The notes: generated by a model not told the origin, from the letters alone. Counted from the stretch's first letter, positions 9,407 through 19,390 are shown. The stretch is DNA of 64,000 nt from Candidatus Atabeyarchaeum deiterrae (GCA_037310415.1 CP147780.1:2208001-2272000), one strand, 5' to 3'. Program-made: numbers and translations.

Positions 9407-11089
9407 TCATCTATTTTGTGGAACCAGTCTTATGCCCTGAGTTGTGATTTCGTACTCGATCTGCCGTGAAGGGATTGAAGTGAAAGCCATCTTGTCGATT
9501 CTAAGTTTGCGCATCAGCTTTCTTCGAACCCAGACATTCTCCATTTCTATCACCACATCAGCAGTTCCTAGGCATGCGTGGAGAAGGTTTGCTTCGACTA
9601 CACTCGATCGAACAACCGCCAAAAAAGTTTCATCTGTTCGCCTCGCAGAGTCCGCAACCATGCGAGCAAGTACATAGGAGGATTTCAGATCCAAATAAGG
9701 CGCTAATGCAGTAAAGGAATCAACAATGACGGGCAATACCTTTGCTTCACCAAACTTACTGGCAATCCTTTCTCTCTCTGTTCTCATGAAGTTATCGAGA
9801 ATTCTTCTACGCGCACTGACTCCTTTCAACCCTTTTTCTGAGGATCTTAGGTCTCTTGTAAGGAAATGGAATACGTCTATCAGAACAAGCTCCTTGTCCA
9901 AGTAGGGCTCGACATTCCATCCGAAACTTTTGAAGCGTTTAATCACCATGTCAGGAGTCTGGTCAGCACAGTAATAAGCCACTTTTTCCCCTGCCAGCAG
10001 TTTTGACCAAGCAAACTGTGCGCAAAATGTTGATGTTCCGGTTCCCACGTCTCCTTTCAAACAGATAAAAGTGCCTTTGGGGAAACCTCCTTCGAGAATC
10101 AGATCTAGCCCACTAATCCCGGTGGGCGTTCGCTCCGTCTTGGGCAAAGCTAAGCCTTTCCTTGTCTCAACCTCAGAGCTTTCGTCAAGACCATGAGTTG
10201 TCTTTAAACGTTCCCGAAGATTGCCATGCTTCGTTTCTATTCCTTTGCCAGTTATCTCATACTCCATAGAGAGGCTCCCTGTAGGTGCAAAAGGCATTTT
10301 CTCGACGAAGAGCTCCCTAGTTGGACCTCTGCTTGTCCATTTCATTTTCAGTCGGATCATTCCGTCGACGGAACGAGTGAGTGCCTGAACAAGGTTTCCC
10401 TCCAACACACCTTCGTGAGCTACTATGAGGGAAGCGTTTCCCGCTGCCCTAATTCTTTCACAACCATCAATTACCAACTCATTAGCCACACGAACATCAA
10501 TGAAAGGGGCCAAAGCTGTGAACGAGTCTGTGATGTGTGTGTGTGGAACGCTGTCTTTCAGCGGATATCTAGAGGACGCCTCTTTCTTGAAGACGTCTAT
10601 GCACTCATCCGACGTGACTGGCCTCAGGTGCTCAATGTCATATGCTTTTGAGATACCCATGCTATTGCATAACAGTTGGTATCCATCGATTATCACAAGC
10701 ATTCCACTATCTATGGACTTCTGGATATCGAACCCTGCAAAATTGAAGTACTTGTGCAGAAGCACTGGATGATAGTCATACAGGGTGAAGATCACTCTTC
10801 CACCCCTGTTGAGTACGTTCACTGCGATTTGAACACAGAAGACGGTCGTTCCGGTGCCAGGAGCCCCAATCAATGCAGTTGTCGAGCCTTTTGGAAGTTC
10901 CCCAGCAAGGATGTCGTTTATGCTCGAGGTTCCAACGATTCCCTCAACCGACGAGTCATCTTCTTTGGGGTTCAAAACACTGCCCTCCCGCACAATTGGG
11001 GTCACAAAGCATACCATACTATAAAAGTATTCGTCGGGAAATCGGAGACACTCTTGCAGCAGACTCCCTCGGCGAGTCTCGCAATTCAC
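9407..11089 (-). CDS. KaiC/RAD55-like protein with two RecA-fold domains (start probably TTG 10975)
   Basis: Two repeats of TGI..D.IL.G..PKG + P-loop + DSFTALAP; ends R.L.I.KM...YEIT.QGI. Confidence 0.85.
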   Translation of the reverse strand: MNCETRRGSLLQECLRFPDEYFYSMVCFVTPIVREGSVLNPKEDDSSVEGIVGTSSINDILAGELPKGSTTALIGAPGTGTTVFCVQIAVNVLNRGGRVIFTLYDYHPVLLHKYFNFAGFDIQKSIDSGMLVIIDGYQLLCNSMGISKAYDIEHLRPVTSDECIDVFKKEASSRYPLKDSVPHTHITDSFTALAPFIDVRVANELVIDGCERIRAAGNASLIVAHEGVLEGNLVQALTRSVDGMIRLKMKWTSRGPTRELFVEKMPFAPTGSLSMEYEITGKGIETKHGNLRERLKTTHGLDESSEVETRKGLALPKTERTPTGISGLDLILEGGFPKGTFICLKGDVGTGTSTFCAQFAWSKLLAGEKVAYYCADQTPDMVIKRFKSFGWNVEPYLDKELVLIDVFHFLTRDLRSSEKGLKGVSARRRILDNFMRTERERIASKFGEAKVLPVIVDSFTALAPYLDLKSSYVLARMVADSARRTDETFLAVVRSSVVEANLLHACLGTADVVIEMENVWVRRKLMRKLRIDKMAFTSIPSRQIEYEITTQGIRLVPQNR

Positions 11090-11116
11090 GCCGTTGACTT
11101 GTTCATCAAGGCAATA

Positions 11117-12343
11117 CTAGTGTTGAAGTAATTGACCTTTTATGATTGTGGCGTAGATTGAGAGATCTTCTTGGTTGAGGATAACTAAGTCGGCATCTTT
11201 CCCTTTTTCTATGCTTCCTTTCCGAGCATCCACGCCAATCACTTTCGCTGGGTTGATTGTCGCCATCTTGACAGCCTGTTGAAGAGGCAGACCCAGCGAA
11301 GTAACTAGGACCCTAAGCGATCTATCTAATGTCACCGTGCTCCCTGCTAATTGTCCTGTCGGGAGAGTGCAGACGCCGTTCTTCAGCTCCACGCTGAATC
11401 CCATCAAGCTGTACTTGCCGTCCGGCATTCCAGCTGGGGGAATGCTATCTGAAATGAGAACAACCTTTTCAGCGCCTTTGGTTTTGATTAGCAGTCTCAT
11501 AGCGCCTTCATGAACATGGACATTGTCGGCAATCAGCTCAGCAGTTACGTCGTCTCGCACAAGCACCGCTGCCAGAATACCAGGGTCTCTCTGTTTGAAA
11601 TCTCTCATGGCGTTGAAGGTGTGAGAGGCGTGGGTCACGCCTGCGTTGATTGCCGCCAACATTTCCTCATATGTTGCGTTGCTATGCCCCGCGGCAACAG
11701 TAACCCCTTTTGCTTTGACTCTTTTGATGAATTCAAGCGCCCCAGGCACTTCAGGAGCGATGGTTATCAGCTTGACGTTTCTTCCAGATTCGTCGTATAT
11801 TAGATCAAATTCGTCAATGCTTGGATCTCTGATGAAGTCTACAGGTTGAGCTCCTAGCTTTGTCCTGCTTAAGTATGGACCCTCCAAGTTCATCCCAAGA
11901 ACTTCCGCTTCGTCCGAGACCACTTCGGATCCGATCAGTCCTGCTACCGCCCTAGTCGTGGATAACAGCATCTCGTTAGGCTCTACTCCCGTCGTTGGAA
12001 GAAAAGAAGTAACACCGTGACGCGGGAAGGAGGAAGCCATCTTTTTGATTGACTCTATTCCGCCGCTTAATGCGGAGCCGCCGTTCAATCCATGAGTGTG
12101 GATATCAATCATCCCAGGAATCACTATCTTGCCCTTGGCATTCAATTTGCCACGGGAAGCTCTCTCCGTTGTCTGGCGAACACCGCCTTGCCTGATATCG
12201 GCTATCATTCCTTCCTGGATTAGGACTGATCCGTGTTCGATTATCCTGTAAGGAGTGACTACTGCCGCATTCTCAATAAGTGAGATGTCCTTCCCATGGG
12301 CGTTGTGTTTTGGCAATTCTAGGTTGGTACCTCTCTGTCGCAA
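11117..12343 (-). CDS. nagA: N-acetylglucosamine-6-phosphate deacetylase
   Basis: PGMIDIHTHG, LEGPY, TIAPE, GHSNA, HTFNAM, DNVHV, LAGS motifs. Confidence 0.92.
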   Translation of the reverse strand: MRQRGTNLELPKHNAHGKDISLIENAAVVTPYRIIEHGSVLIQEGMIADIRQGGVRQTTERASRGKLNAKGKIVIPGMIDIHTHGLNGGSALSGGIESIKKMASSFPRHGVTSFLPTTGVEPNEMLLSTTRAVAGLIGSEVVSDEAEVLGMNLEGPYLSRTKLGAQPVDFIRDPSIDEFDLIYDESGRNVKLITIAPEVPGALEFIKRVKAKGVTVAAGHSNATYEEMLAAINAGVTHASHTFNAMRDFKQRDPGILAAVLVRDDVTAELIADNVHVHEGAMRLLIKTKGAEKVVLISDSIPPAGMPDGKYSLMGFSVELKNGVCTLPTGQLAGSTVTLDRSLRVLVTSLGLPLQQAVKMATINPAKVIGVDARKGSIEKGKDADLVILNQEDLSIYATIIKGQLLQH

Positions 12344-12567
12344 TCAGCAATCATCATTTTTCAGGGATCGGTGAAGCAATCTCTTCCTTCCTGCTATTTG
12401 GCGGTTGACGATACTGGGGTGTCAGTCGCTTTTGGCGGAGTTCTCTGAAAGCCGATATGTCTAGTCATCGATTGATAGTGTTTTTGCTATCTGTCCTCCA
12501 ATTTGAAAGAGTAGAACCCGTGAAAGGAGAACGTGTATTGCTTCTCGATTCCTAGATCGACTCAAGG

Positions 12568-14522
12568 TCACAGAAATCTTATTGCTTCTTCGAGTCTTTT
12601 CTTGAGCGTATCGTTCACTGTCTTTCCGTCGGCCTTTCCTCGTAATTGTTTCATCACGTCTCCCATTAGGGGGCTTAATGCTTGCATTTTCTTCTCCCTA
12701 ATTAGATCCATGTTCTTCTTGATCGTTTCCTCGACGATTTTGGCAAGTTCACCTGTAGAGACTTCTTTTATTCCGAGTATGCCGATTGCCTCGTCCACAG
12801 TCGCTGTCTGATCCTTCGCAAGGTACACCAGTATATCGGGTATTGCTTCCTTCGCAACTTTCTCTTCGTTAAGTTCCTTGAAAACTCGTTCCACTTTCTC
12901 GTCTCCTATGTTTTCCACAGTAATACCTTCCCTTTTCAAGTACTTCAACGTGTTCTGAAGCGTTGTGGCAACGAGTGCCGGCGAAACATTCCTCATCTTT
13001 TCCACAATACTCTCGAATAAATCCAAGTGATACGATCTGATCATTGCTTCAGCAAGTTCTTTACTGAGTTTGTATTGTTTGACGAATCGTTCGAACTTCT
13101 CCTCTGGTTTTTCGGGGAGAGCTTCCTTTATCCTGGTGATCCTTTCTGAGGTTATGGGAACGATCGAAGTGTCCGTCTCAGGATACATCCTTGCAGATCC
13201 TGGTTTTGGTCTGCTGTACTGCGTTGACCCGTCAGGCTTTGCCCCTCTTGTCTCTTCTGGGACACCACTAATCGCTTCCCTTGCTCGCTCAACTGCCGCA
13301 TCTAGGGCGTCTTTGGCTTTCTTAGGTTGATCGGCGACAAGTAGGATACAGTCATCTTTACCGGCTGCCAGTCGTTCTTTTACCTTCTTGACTTCTTCCT
13401 CTGTTATTCCATATGCTGGCAATTCATCAGTGTGGAAAATCCCTCCGACACCGCCCCAGAAAATTGCTCTCTCAGACATCTCTGTGCCGAGACGTCTTCC
13501 AGGTTGAACCTCTCTTCCGACGAGTCCAGCGAACTTCGGAAGCACTGTTGCTAGCACAACTCCATGTTGATCCAATGCTTTCCTCATGACTTTGCTCTTG
13601 GATTCTTTGAACAACTCTGACAGATCAGCAGATTTTCCTTTGACGTCATCCTTCTTGACGTTTCTGTTCTTAAGCTCATCTCTGATCCTGACTAGGCTAA
13701 GCTGTCTCTGAACCTCGAGTTCAACGACGCGTGCCAGAAGTCCAAGTTCCTGAACACCTTTGACTTCTATTAACGCTCCGTCCTTAGTTGACACGTTTAC
13801 GTCTTGTCTTATTGTTCCAAGTCCACGCTTCACTTTTCCAGTTGCTCGGAGGAGTTGACCGATCTTGTATGCCGCGCTTTCAGCTTCTTCTGGACTGTTT
13901 AGGTCGGGAGCCGTGGCTATTTCCACGAGAGGGATGCCTTGTCTGTCCAATCTGTATACGACTTCGTTCTGTGTCTCGCTCATCTTCCTAGCTGCATCTT
14001 CTTCGAGAGAGATGGTCTGAATCCGGACGCTTTTTCCATTTTCCAGCTCAATTTGACCACCCAAAGAAATCAAGGCCGTTCGCTGGAAGCCTGTGGTGTT
14101 TGAACCGTCGATGACAATCTTCCTCATGACATGAATCTCGTCGATGGGGCAGCTGTTCAAAAGCAAAGCCATTTCAATTGCTGTATCTAGGGCTTCCTGG
14201 TTCAATGGGTGAGGAGGCTCATCGTCTAGGCCAGCAACTCTCAACCATCTTAGAAGGAGATGCTGTCTGCCTCAACTAAACAGGTTCCCTCACCATACAT
14301 CTCATACATGAAAGTCTTCCCTTTGTGGAACTCGAAGAGAGCAGCTTGGTCGACCTGACCCAATTCACTCTGTGTTGGGCGAAGTCTTCGTTTGAACCTA
14401 ATACTGGGTTCATCTTCATGAATAACGATAGGGCAGCTGCAGAAAAGCTTGCCCTTGGTGTTGAGTTGCTGATGTAGTTCAAGCCCAACAACGGTTCCAG
14501 CTTTCGGATGATCAATATCCAT
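12568..14522 (-). CDS. gatE: Glu-tRNA(Gln) amidotransferase subunit E, split by a 41-nt intron (exon 1 14267-14522, exon 2 12568-14225; 637 aa spliced)
   Basis: GLELHQQL..KLFC..LRPTQSELG..CLVEA in ORF 14250-14537; DEPPHPLN, MRKIVIDGSNTTGFQRT, RMYPETD in ORF 12568-14244; removing 14226-14266 yields the conserved CLVEADDEPPHP. Confidence 0.93.
14226..14266 (-). other. 41-nt bulge-helix-bulge (tRNA-type) intron in gatE mRNA
   Basis: mRNA: GUUG-AGGC-AG^A-CAGCA...UGCUG-GCCU-AG^A-CGAU; 4-bp central helix, two 3-nt bulges, flanking helices; canonical cuts restore the frame. Confidence 0.85.
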
Positions 14523-14590
14523 ATGGATCCACCCCACACTTAAGTGTGCACATTGATTGGCTTAGTGATTCTTCTTACCAGTATTTCTCC

Positions 14591-16006
14591 TTACTCTTCT
14601 CTTTCGGCGGTTTCAGGAACCGACTCATCCGCGTGGGAGACTGCCGTGATCTCTCCGACGATGTTCGTTCTGATTAACTGGATTGTCTTCTCATGACTTT
14701 GTTCACTGCCAAGTAGCCACATTAATTTGACGAGTGCAGTTTCGGGCAACATGTCTTCCCCTGGTGTCACGCCCATGGCGAGTAGTTCGCGTCCTGTTCT
14801 ATAGACGCTCATATTAATGCGTCCCGAGATGCATTGACTGGTCATAACGACGATAATGTCGTCTTCAACCGCTCGCTTTATGGACCGGTATGTTCCTTCT
14901 GGAACGTGTCCAAGACCAGTTCCTTCCAACACGATGCCATGGTAACTCTTGTCGACCAACGCATCAATCAGTTCGCCCGCACTCCCAGGATACGTCTTGA
15001 CGAGACCAACCTTATCGTCGAATTTTGCCTGAACGTGGAGTTCCCTCTTTGCATCGCGCCTGGTATACTCGTCAACTAGCATTTTCACGTTGCCATCCTG
15101 AACTCGCGCTGTTGGTTTCGCGTTGATTGATCTGAAGGCATCTCGCCTGCTAGTGTGCATCTTCCTTACCTTCGTCCCCCTATGGCAAAGACTGTAGTTG
15201 TCTCCCATCTCCCCGTGCATGCACACGACGACCTCAGCAAAAGGGCCGCTTCCTGCAGAAACAACTGCGTTGATGAGGTTCATTGCAGCATCAGAAGATG
15301 GGCGGTCCGACGATCTTTGCGATCCCACAAGTACCACGGGGACTGGAAGTCCTTGAAGTGCAAAACTGAGAGCCGCAGCCGTGTAGTGCATCGTATCAGT
15401 CCCGTGAGCAACGACAACCCCGTCCAATCCGCCCTCTATAATGCGTTTGCCAATCGAGTCTGCGATCATAGACCATTTGTCAGATGTCATATTCTCACTG
15501 AGAATATTGCAGAGGATCTCTGCCCTAACGTTCGCAGTGTCCCCAAGCTCTGGAACCACATCGTACAGGTCTTGAGCTGAAAGTGCTGGGCTGACTGCTC
15601 CAGTTTTGTAGTCAACCTTGCTAGCGATGGTGCCTCCAGTGCTTAGGAAACTTACCGTGGGCAGACCTTTGACAACACGTCTCGGGGCTGCTATTGTGGC
15701 ACCTTGTTGCGTCCCCGCTTCTACGCTTCCCTTCTTCAAGATTGATATGATGATGTCCTGTTTCACGTCAATCCCGATATTGTAACCGCTTTTCTGTTTG
15801 ACAACAATGTGAAAATCATCGGTTGACACGACTGGTCGAGGCATCACAACGCCCTCGAAGACCGAGCCACTCTTTGTGCTGATCTTGACAAGATCGCCGA
15901 CGCTGGCACCTGCTGCCTTCAAAGCCTTTAAGGCTTCTCCGCGATAACCAAAATCAGAAGCTCCGCCACTGCCCTTCTCGGTGGAAGGATTTGCCTGCCG
16001 TTTCAA
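14591..16006 (-). CDS. gatD: Glu-tRNA(Gln) amidotransferase subunit D
   Basis: K.KSGYNIGI N-domain, STGGTIASKVDY, HGTDTM, GSQRSSDRPSSD, KMHTSRRDAF. Confidence 0.96.
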   Translation of the reverse strand: MKRQANPSTEKGSGGASDFGYRGEALKALKAAGASVGDLVKISTKSGSVFEGVVMPRPVVSTDDFHIVVKQKSGYNIGIDVKQDIIISILKKGSVEAGTQQGATIAAPRRVVKGLPTVSFLSTGGTIASKVDYKTGAVSPALSAQDLYDVVPELGDTANVRAEILCNILSENMTSDKWSMIADSIGKRIIEGGLDGVVVAHGTDTMHYTAAALSFALQGLPVPVVLVGSQRSSDRPSSDAAMNLINAVVSAGSGPFAEVVVCMHGEMGDNYSLCHRGTKVRKMHTSRRDAFRSINAKPTARVQDGNVKMLVDEYTRRDAKRELHVQAKFDDKVGLVKTYPGSAGELIDALVDKSYHGIVLEGTGLGHVPEGTYRSIKRAVEDDIIVVMTSQCISGRINMSVYRTGRELLAMGVTPGEDMLPETALVKLMWLLGSEQSHEKTIQLIRTNIVGEITAVSHADESVPETAEREE

Positions 16007-16081
16007 ATGATCTTAACACCTCCGAGGTGTCACCAGATTACGTCTTTGATTATTATAACACTATCCATTGTATCATAGCAG

Positions 16082-16112
16082 GATGATGGTGGCTCCTAAG
16101 AGCCGCATCATC
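16082..16112 (-). terminator. Hairpin immediately after the asnS stop (putative terminator or processing site)
   Basis: GATGATGGTGGCTC-CTAA-GAGCCGCATCATC inverted repeat between asnS and the gatD promoter. Confidence 0.45.
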
Positions 16113-16117
16113 GGAAC

Positions 16118-17485
16118 TCATGGATAACGCCTCGTCAAATATCTCGGGAAAGGTATGGACGCCCTAATGTGGTCAAGTTTGCACATCCATCTTATCAGTC
16201 TATCACACCCGAGTCCGAATCCACTGTGAGGAACAGTGCCATACCTTCTCAAATCTATGTACCATTCGTAGTCCTCGGGCTTCAGATGCTCCTCCTTTAT
16301 TCTGCTTATGAGAGCATCCTTGTCGTGTATTCTTTGACCGCCTCCAATTATCTCACCGTAGCCCTCGGGAGCCAGACAGTCACCGCATCTAACAACGCTT
16401 GGATCGCTCGGCTTCGGATAGTGATAGAATGGTTTTAGGCTTCTTGGGTATTCTAAAACAAAAATGGGCTTAGACAGATCCTCCGTCAATTTAAGCTCCT
16501 CATCAGCACCCATGTCATCACCGTACTCTATCGTGACGCCCTTCTTCTTTATGCGATCGATCGCCTCTCCATATCCTATCCGCTCGAAAGGTGTCTTGAC
16601 TGAAGCAAGATCCTCAGGGTCTCTTCCAAGCTTCTCAAGCCGCTTGCCGTATTTTTCAGCAATAGACTGACAGACGTGGGAGACAAGTTTCTCCTCGACT
16701 TGTACTATGTCATCTAGATCCATCCAAGCGGCTTCCGCCTCCGCATGCCAGTACTCTGTTAGATGCCTTGGAGTCTTCGACTTCTCCGCTCTGAAACTTG
16801 GTGCGACACAGTAGACCTTTTCGAGGCTCTGCATCATCGCTTCAAGGTAAAACTGAGAACTTTGTGTCAGATAAGCCACTTCGCCGAAGTAGTCCATCTT
16901 GAAGAGAGTAGCACCTCCTTCAACTGAAGCCGATATTATCATGGGCGGATGAACCTCAATCCACCCATCTTGTCTAAACCATTCTCTAATGGCTTCGAAG
17001 GTGTCTGCTCTTATCTTCATGATCAGTGTTTGCTTCTCCCCTCTTAGATGGAGGTGTCTTTTGTCGAAAAGAACATCTATACCTGCATCTATTGGAAGTG
17101 GCCACTCTTCCGCAAGCCCTTCTATATGGAGATCGCTAAGTTCCACTTCATGTCCACCAGGGGCTCGCTTGTCGCTTCTGACGGTGCCTTTCACGATGAT
17201 AGATGATTCACGTGTGACCTTCTGCACATTTTCAAAGACTTGTTTCGAAACCTTGTCCTTGTGAACACTAATTTGGATAATGCCAGTTCCATCACGAAGA
17301 TCAATAAACAACAGATTCCCGTGAACCCGTTTGTTGTAAACCCAACCCGCCAGAACTACCTCTTTCGACTCAAGGCTCTGGCCGCTCTCAAGTACCTTGC
17401 TCACGGGAACCCGACCTCTAAGTTGCCCAAGCACTGTCTCACTTCCTTTCAATTCTAATCGCAATCGATCAACCATAACAATCAT
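16118..17485 (-). CDS. asnS: Asparagine--tRNA ligase
   Basis: OB fold (FIDLRDGTG), EGGATLF, LTQSSQFYLE, FRAEKSKTPRHLTEYW, GEIIGGGQR, YGTVPHSGFGLG. Confidence 0.92.
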   Translation of the reverse strand: MIVMVDRLRLELKGSETVLGQLRGRVPVSKVLESGQSLESKEVVLAGWVYNKRVHGNLLFIDLRDGTGIIQISVHKDKVSKQVFENVQKVTRESSIIVKGTVRSDKRAPGGHEVELSDLHIEGLAEEWPLPIDAGIDVLFDKRHLHLRGEKQTLIMKIRADTFEAIREWFRQDGWIEVHPPMIISASVEGGATLFKMDYFGEVAYLTQSSQFYLEAMMQSLEKVYCVAPSFRAEKSKTPRHLTEYWHAEAEAAWMDLDDIVQVEEKLVSHVCQSIAEKYGKRLEKLGRDPEDLASVKTPFERIGYGEAIDRIKKKGVTIEYGDDMGADEELKLTEDLSKPIFVLEYPRSLKPFYHYPKPSDPSVVRCGDCLAPEGYGEIIGGGQRIHDKDALISRIKEEHLKPEDYEWYIDLRRYGTVPHSGFGLGCDRLIRWMCKLDHIRASIPFPRYLTRRYP

Positions 17486-17638
17486 GCATGATTTGAGTAT
17501 TAAGCAACGATCTTGACCTTGGATTATAAACTCCTTTCAGTCGAGAGAACGCTCCAGAAAACGGACGGAGTCAAGACCAGAATAAGAGGGACAAAAAGTG
17601 GAGGGGATTAATTGCTATAACCTCCCTCGTATTCGACT

Positions 17639-18202
17639 CTAGTCGTGTTTCATCGACAGAATCAGTATTGCTATTAACGCTGAAACCAACCACACGATCA
17701 CGAAAGACACTATGATGTCTATGAGCAGACTGCCAACTAAGATGTTGTATGCTGCCGAGAGTAGAGTCCAAATGCCGGCAACACTGTAGGTGTAGATACC
17801 AGTCCAAAAGACCCATAGTACGAGTGTTACTAGAATGTATATGACAGCGATGTTCAAGCCGGCTATGATGCCCTTTGATGCTACCCTTTCCTTCTTGGCA
17901 GTAAGACCGAAGATTAGCCCGCCTACGACGGCGCCAATCAATATGACAATTAGCGCTTCATAGTGTGCATTGATTAGATATGTGTACGATTGTAGCATTA
18001 TCCAGAATACACTCGTGACCATGCCTTGGAGAGCCGCGCGGACAGCTGGGTCCCCAACACCTGGAAGCGTCGATACAAAGCCTGTCAGAAGACCTGAAAG
18101 TGCGAATGACGTGAGCAATGCTGCGAAGATGCCGATGAGTGCTGCGAGCCATGTTCGTGGGTGTATGAATCCAACAAAGAATTGTTTTGCTGCTTCAGCC
18201 AT
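17639..18202 (-). CDS. Membrane protein, about 5 TM, unknown function
   Basis: 187-aa hydrophobic ORF with GAGGAG SD. Confidence 0.7.
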   Translation of the reverse strand: MAEAAKQFFVGFIHPRTWLAALIGIFAALLTSFALSGLLTGFVSTLPGVGDPAVRAALQGMVTSVFWIMLQSYTYLINAHYEALIVILIGAVVGGLIFGLTAKKERVASKGIIAGLNIAVIYILVTLVLWVFWTGIYTYSVAGIWTLLSAAYNILVGSLLIDIIVSFVIVWLVSALIAILILSMKHD

Positions 18203-18404
18203 TTTACTTTTCTCCTCTTGATAACGTTGTTAACAACTATTATGCTTTAAAGTTCTTAAATGTTGGGGCTATGAAAAACAATTTCCTCAACTGACAGCAA
18301 TCAATATGCTCTCATTCAGTTGCAGGAGGTGTCCCCTAACAAACACAAACCGCAATAGCGTTACAGGAAGCTCACACTGGAAGTGAGGTGATTTCCTGTA
18401 CGGA

Positions 18405-19390
18405 ATGCTTCAAACGATGTGGTTCCAGGAACGAAACCCTATCCGACGCACCAGCATCGGGGAGATTACATATGCTGGCTTCGCAATGATATGTGGGAAT
18501 CGGACTTTGAGAAAAGGGATCTCTGTGATTCGCATTCAGAAGGCATCTAAAGAAAATGAGTTCTTGCGAGTCCCGCAATCTTTTGTCAAAGTCTTAGAAA
18601 CGTTTAAGCTCTGGAACAGCGATCAGTACGAATTAGCGGAACGGTTCGGTGGGAGGCCCCTCAATAAGTGCGCGCTGAAAACCTAGCCTTTGCGATCGTC
18701 TACATGTTGCATGAGGCTTCGTGCAACAGGCAGTTCATTCCAGTCGCCGATTTCAAGGACGTGCTCGGCGAATCGGAGGTCTCCACGCTGATAAAGATGT
18801 TACGTAGCGTCCACATAATCATCACTGAGAAGGAGTTTTCCGACGTCGTTGCACGCGCCAAAGCCGCATTGCACCTAACAGAAAACGGAATCGGTGCATA
18901 TGCTGACGATTTTCCTTCCAGCGACGGTGACGACATCATTGCTCTGAACCCTGCGCTGGTAGACGAGATGAAGAGAAACTATCCTGGACAACTCGGCTAT
19001 CAAATGGTAAGACGATTCGTGAGTGGCTTCCTAGGCTCACTAGAACTTGCTGCAAACGTTGGTTCACTAGACGACTTGGTCAAAGAGTTGTCCACGAAGT
19101 ACCAAGATAAATTCAAAATTGCTGTTGCCAAGGACATGGTAGTCGCCCGTGCATGTAACCTGTCGGAAGTGGAGAGGGCCTCGCTCGCAGCAGCAAAGTT
19201 GGCGTCTCCCCCCAGATTTCACAGTATTGTCTCAATCCTTTTGAGTAGAGCCCAGAAGTACGCCGAACAGATCTCAGTAGAAATCGCTCGGGAAGATATA
19301 GAAGACTACTTGTTCAACGGTCCCAAAGGAGGGGCTACTAATAAAAGCCCGACTACACCGAGTTATCTAGAGAGATCTGGGACCTTGTGA
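18405..19390 (+). CDS. Hypothetical protein, probably one gene split by a 38-nt intron (exons 18405-18640 and 18679-19390; 315 aa)
   Basis: Two overlapping out-of-frame ORFs; GAGGTG SD upstream of the first; removing 18641-18678 fuses them (DQYELAE/NLAFAIVY). Confidence 0.6.
18641..18678 (+). other. Putative 38-nt BHB-type intron
   Basis: UU-AGCG-GA^A-CG...CG-CGCU-GA^A-AA; perfect 4-bp central helix, two GAA bulges; length mod 3 equals the frame offset. Confidence 0.6.

Noticed and set aside
14226-14266. gatE break as pseudogenisation, sequencing error or programmed frameshift
   Set aside because: It is a clean 41-nt insertion with a complete BHB fold whose canonical cuts restore the conserved motif; both halves are otherwise intact; no homopolymer or slippery site
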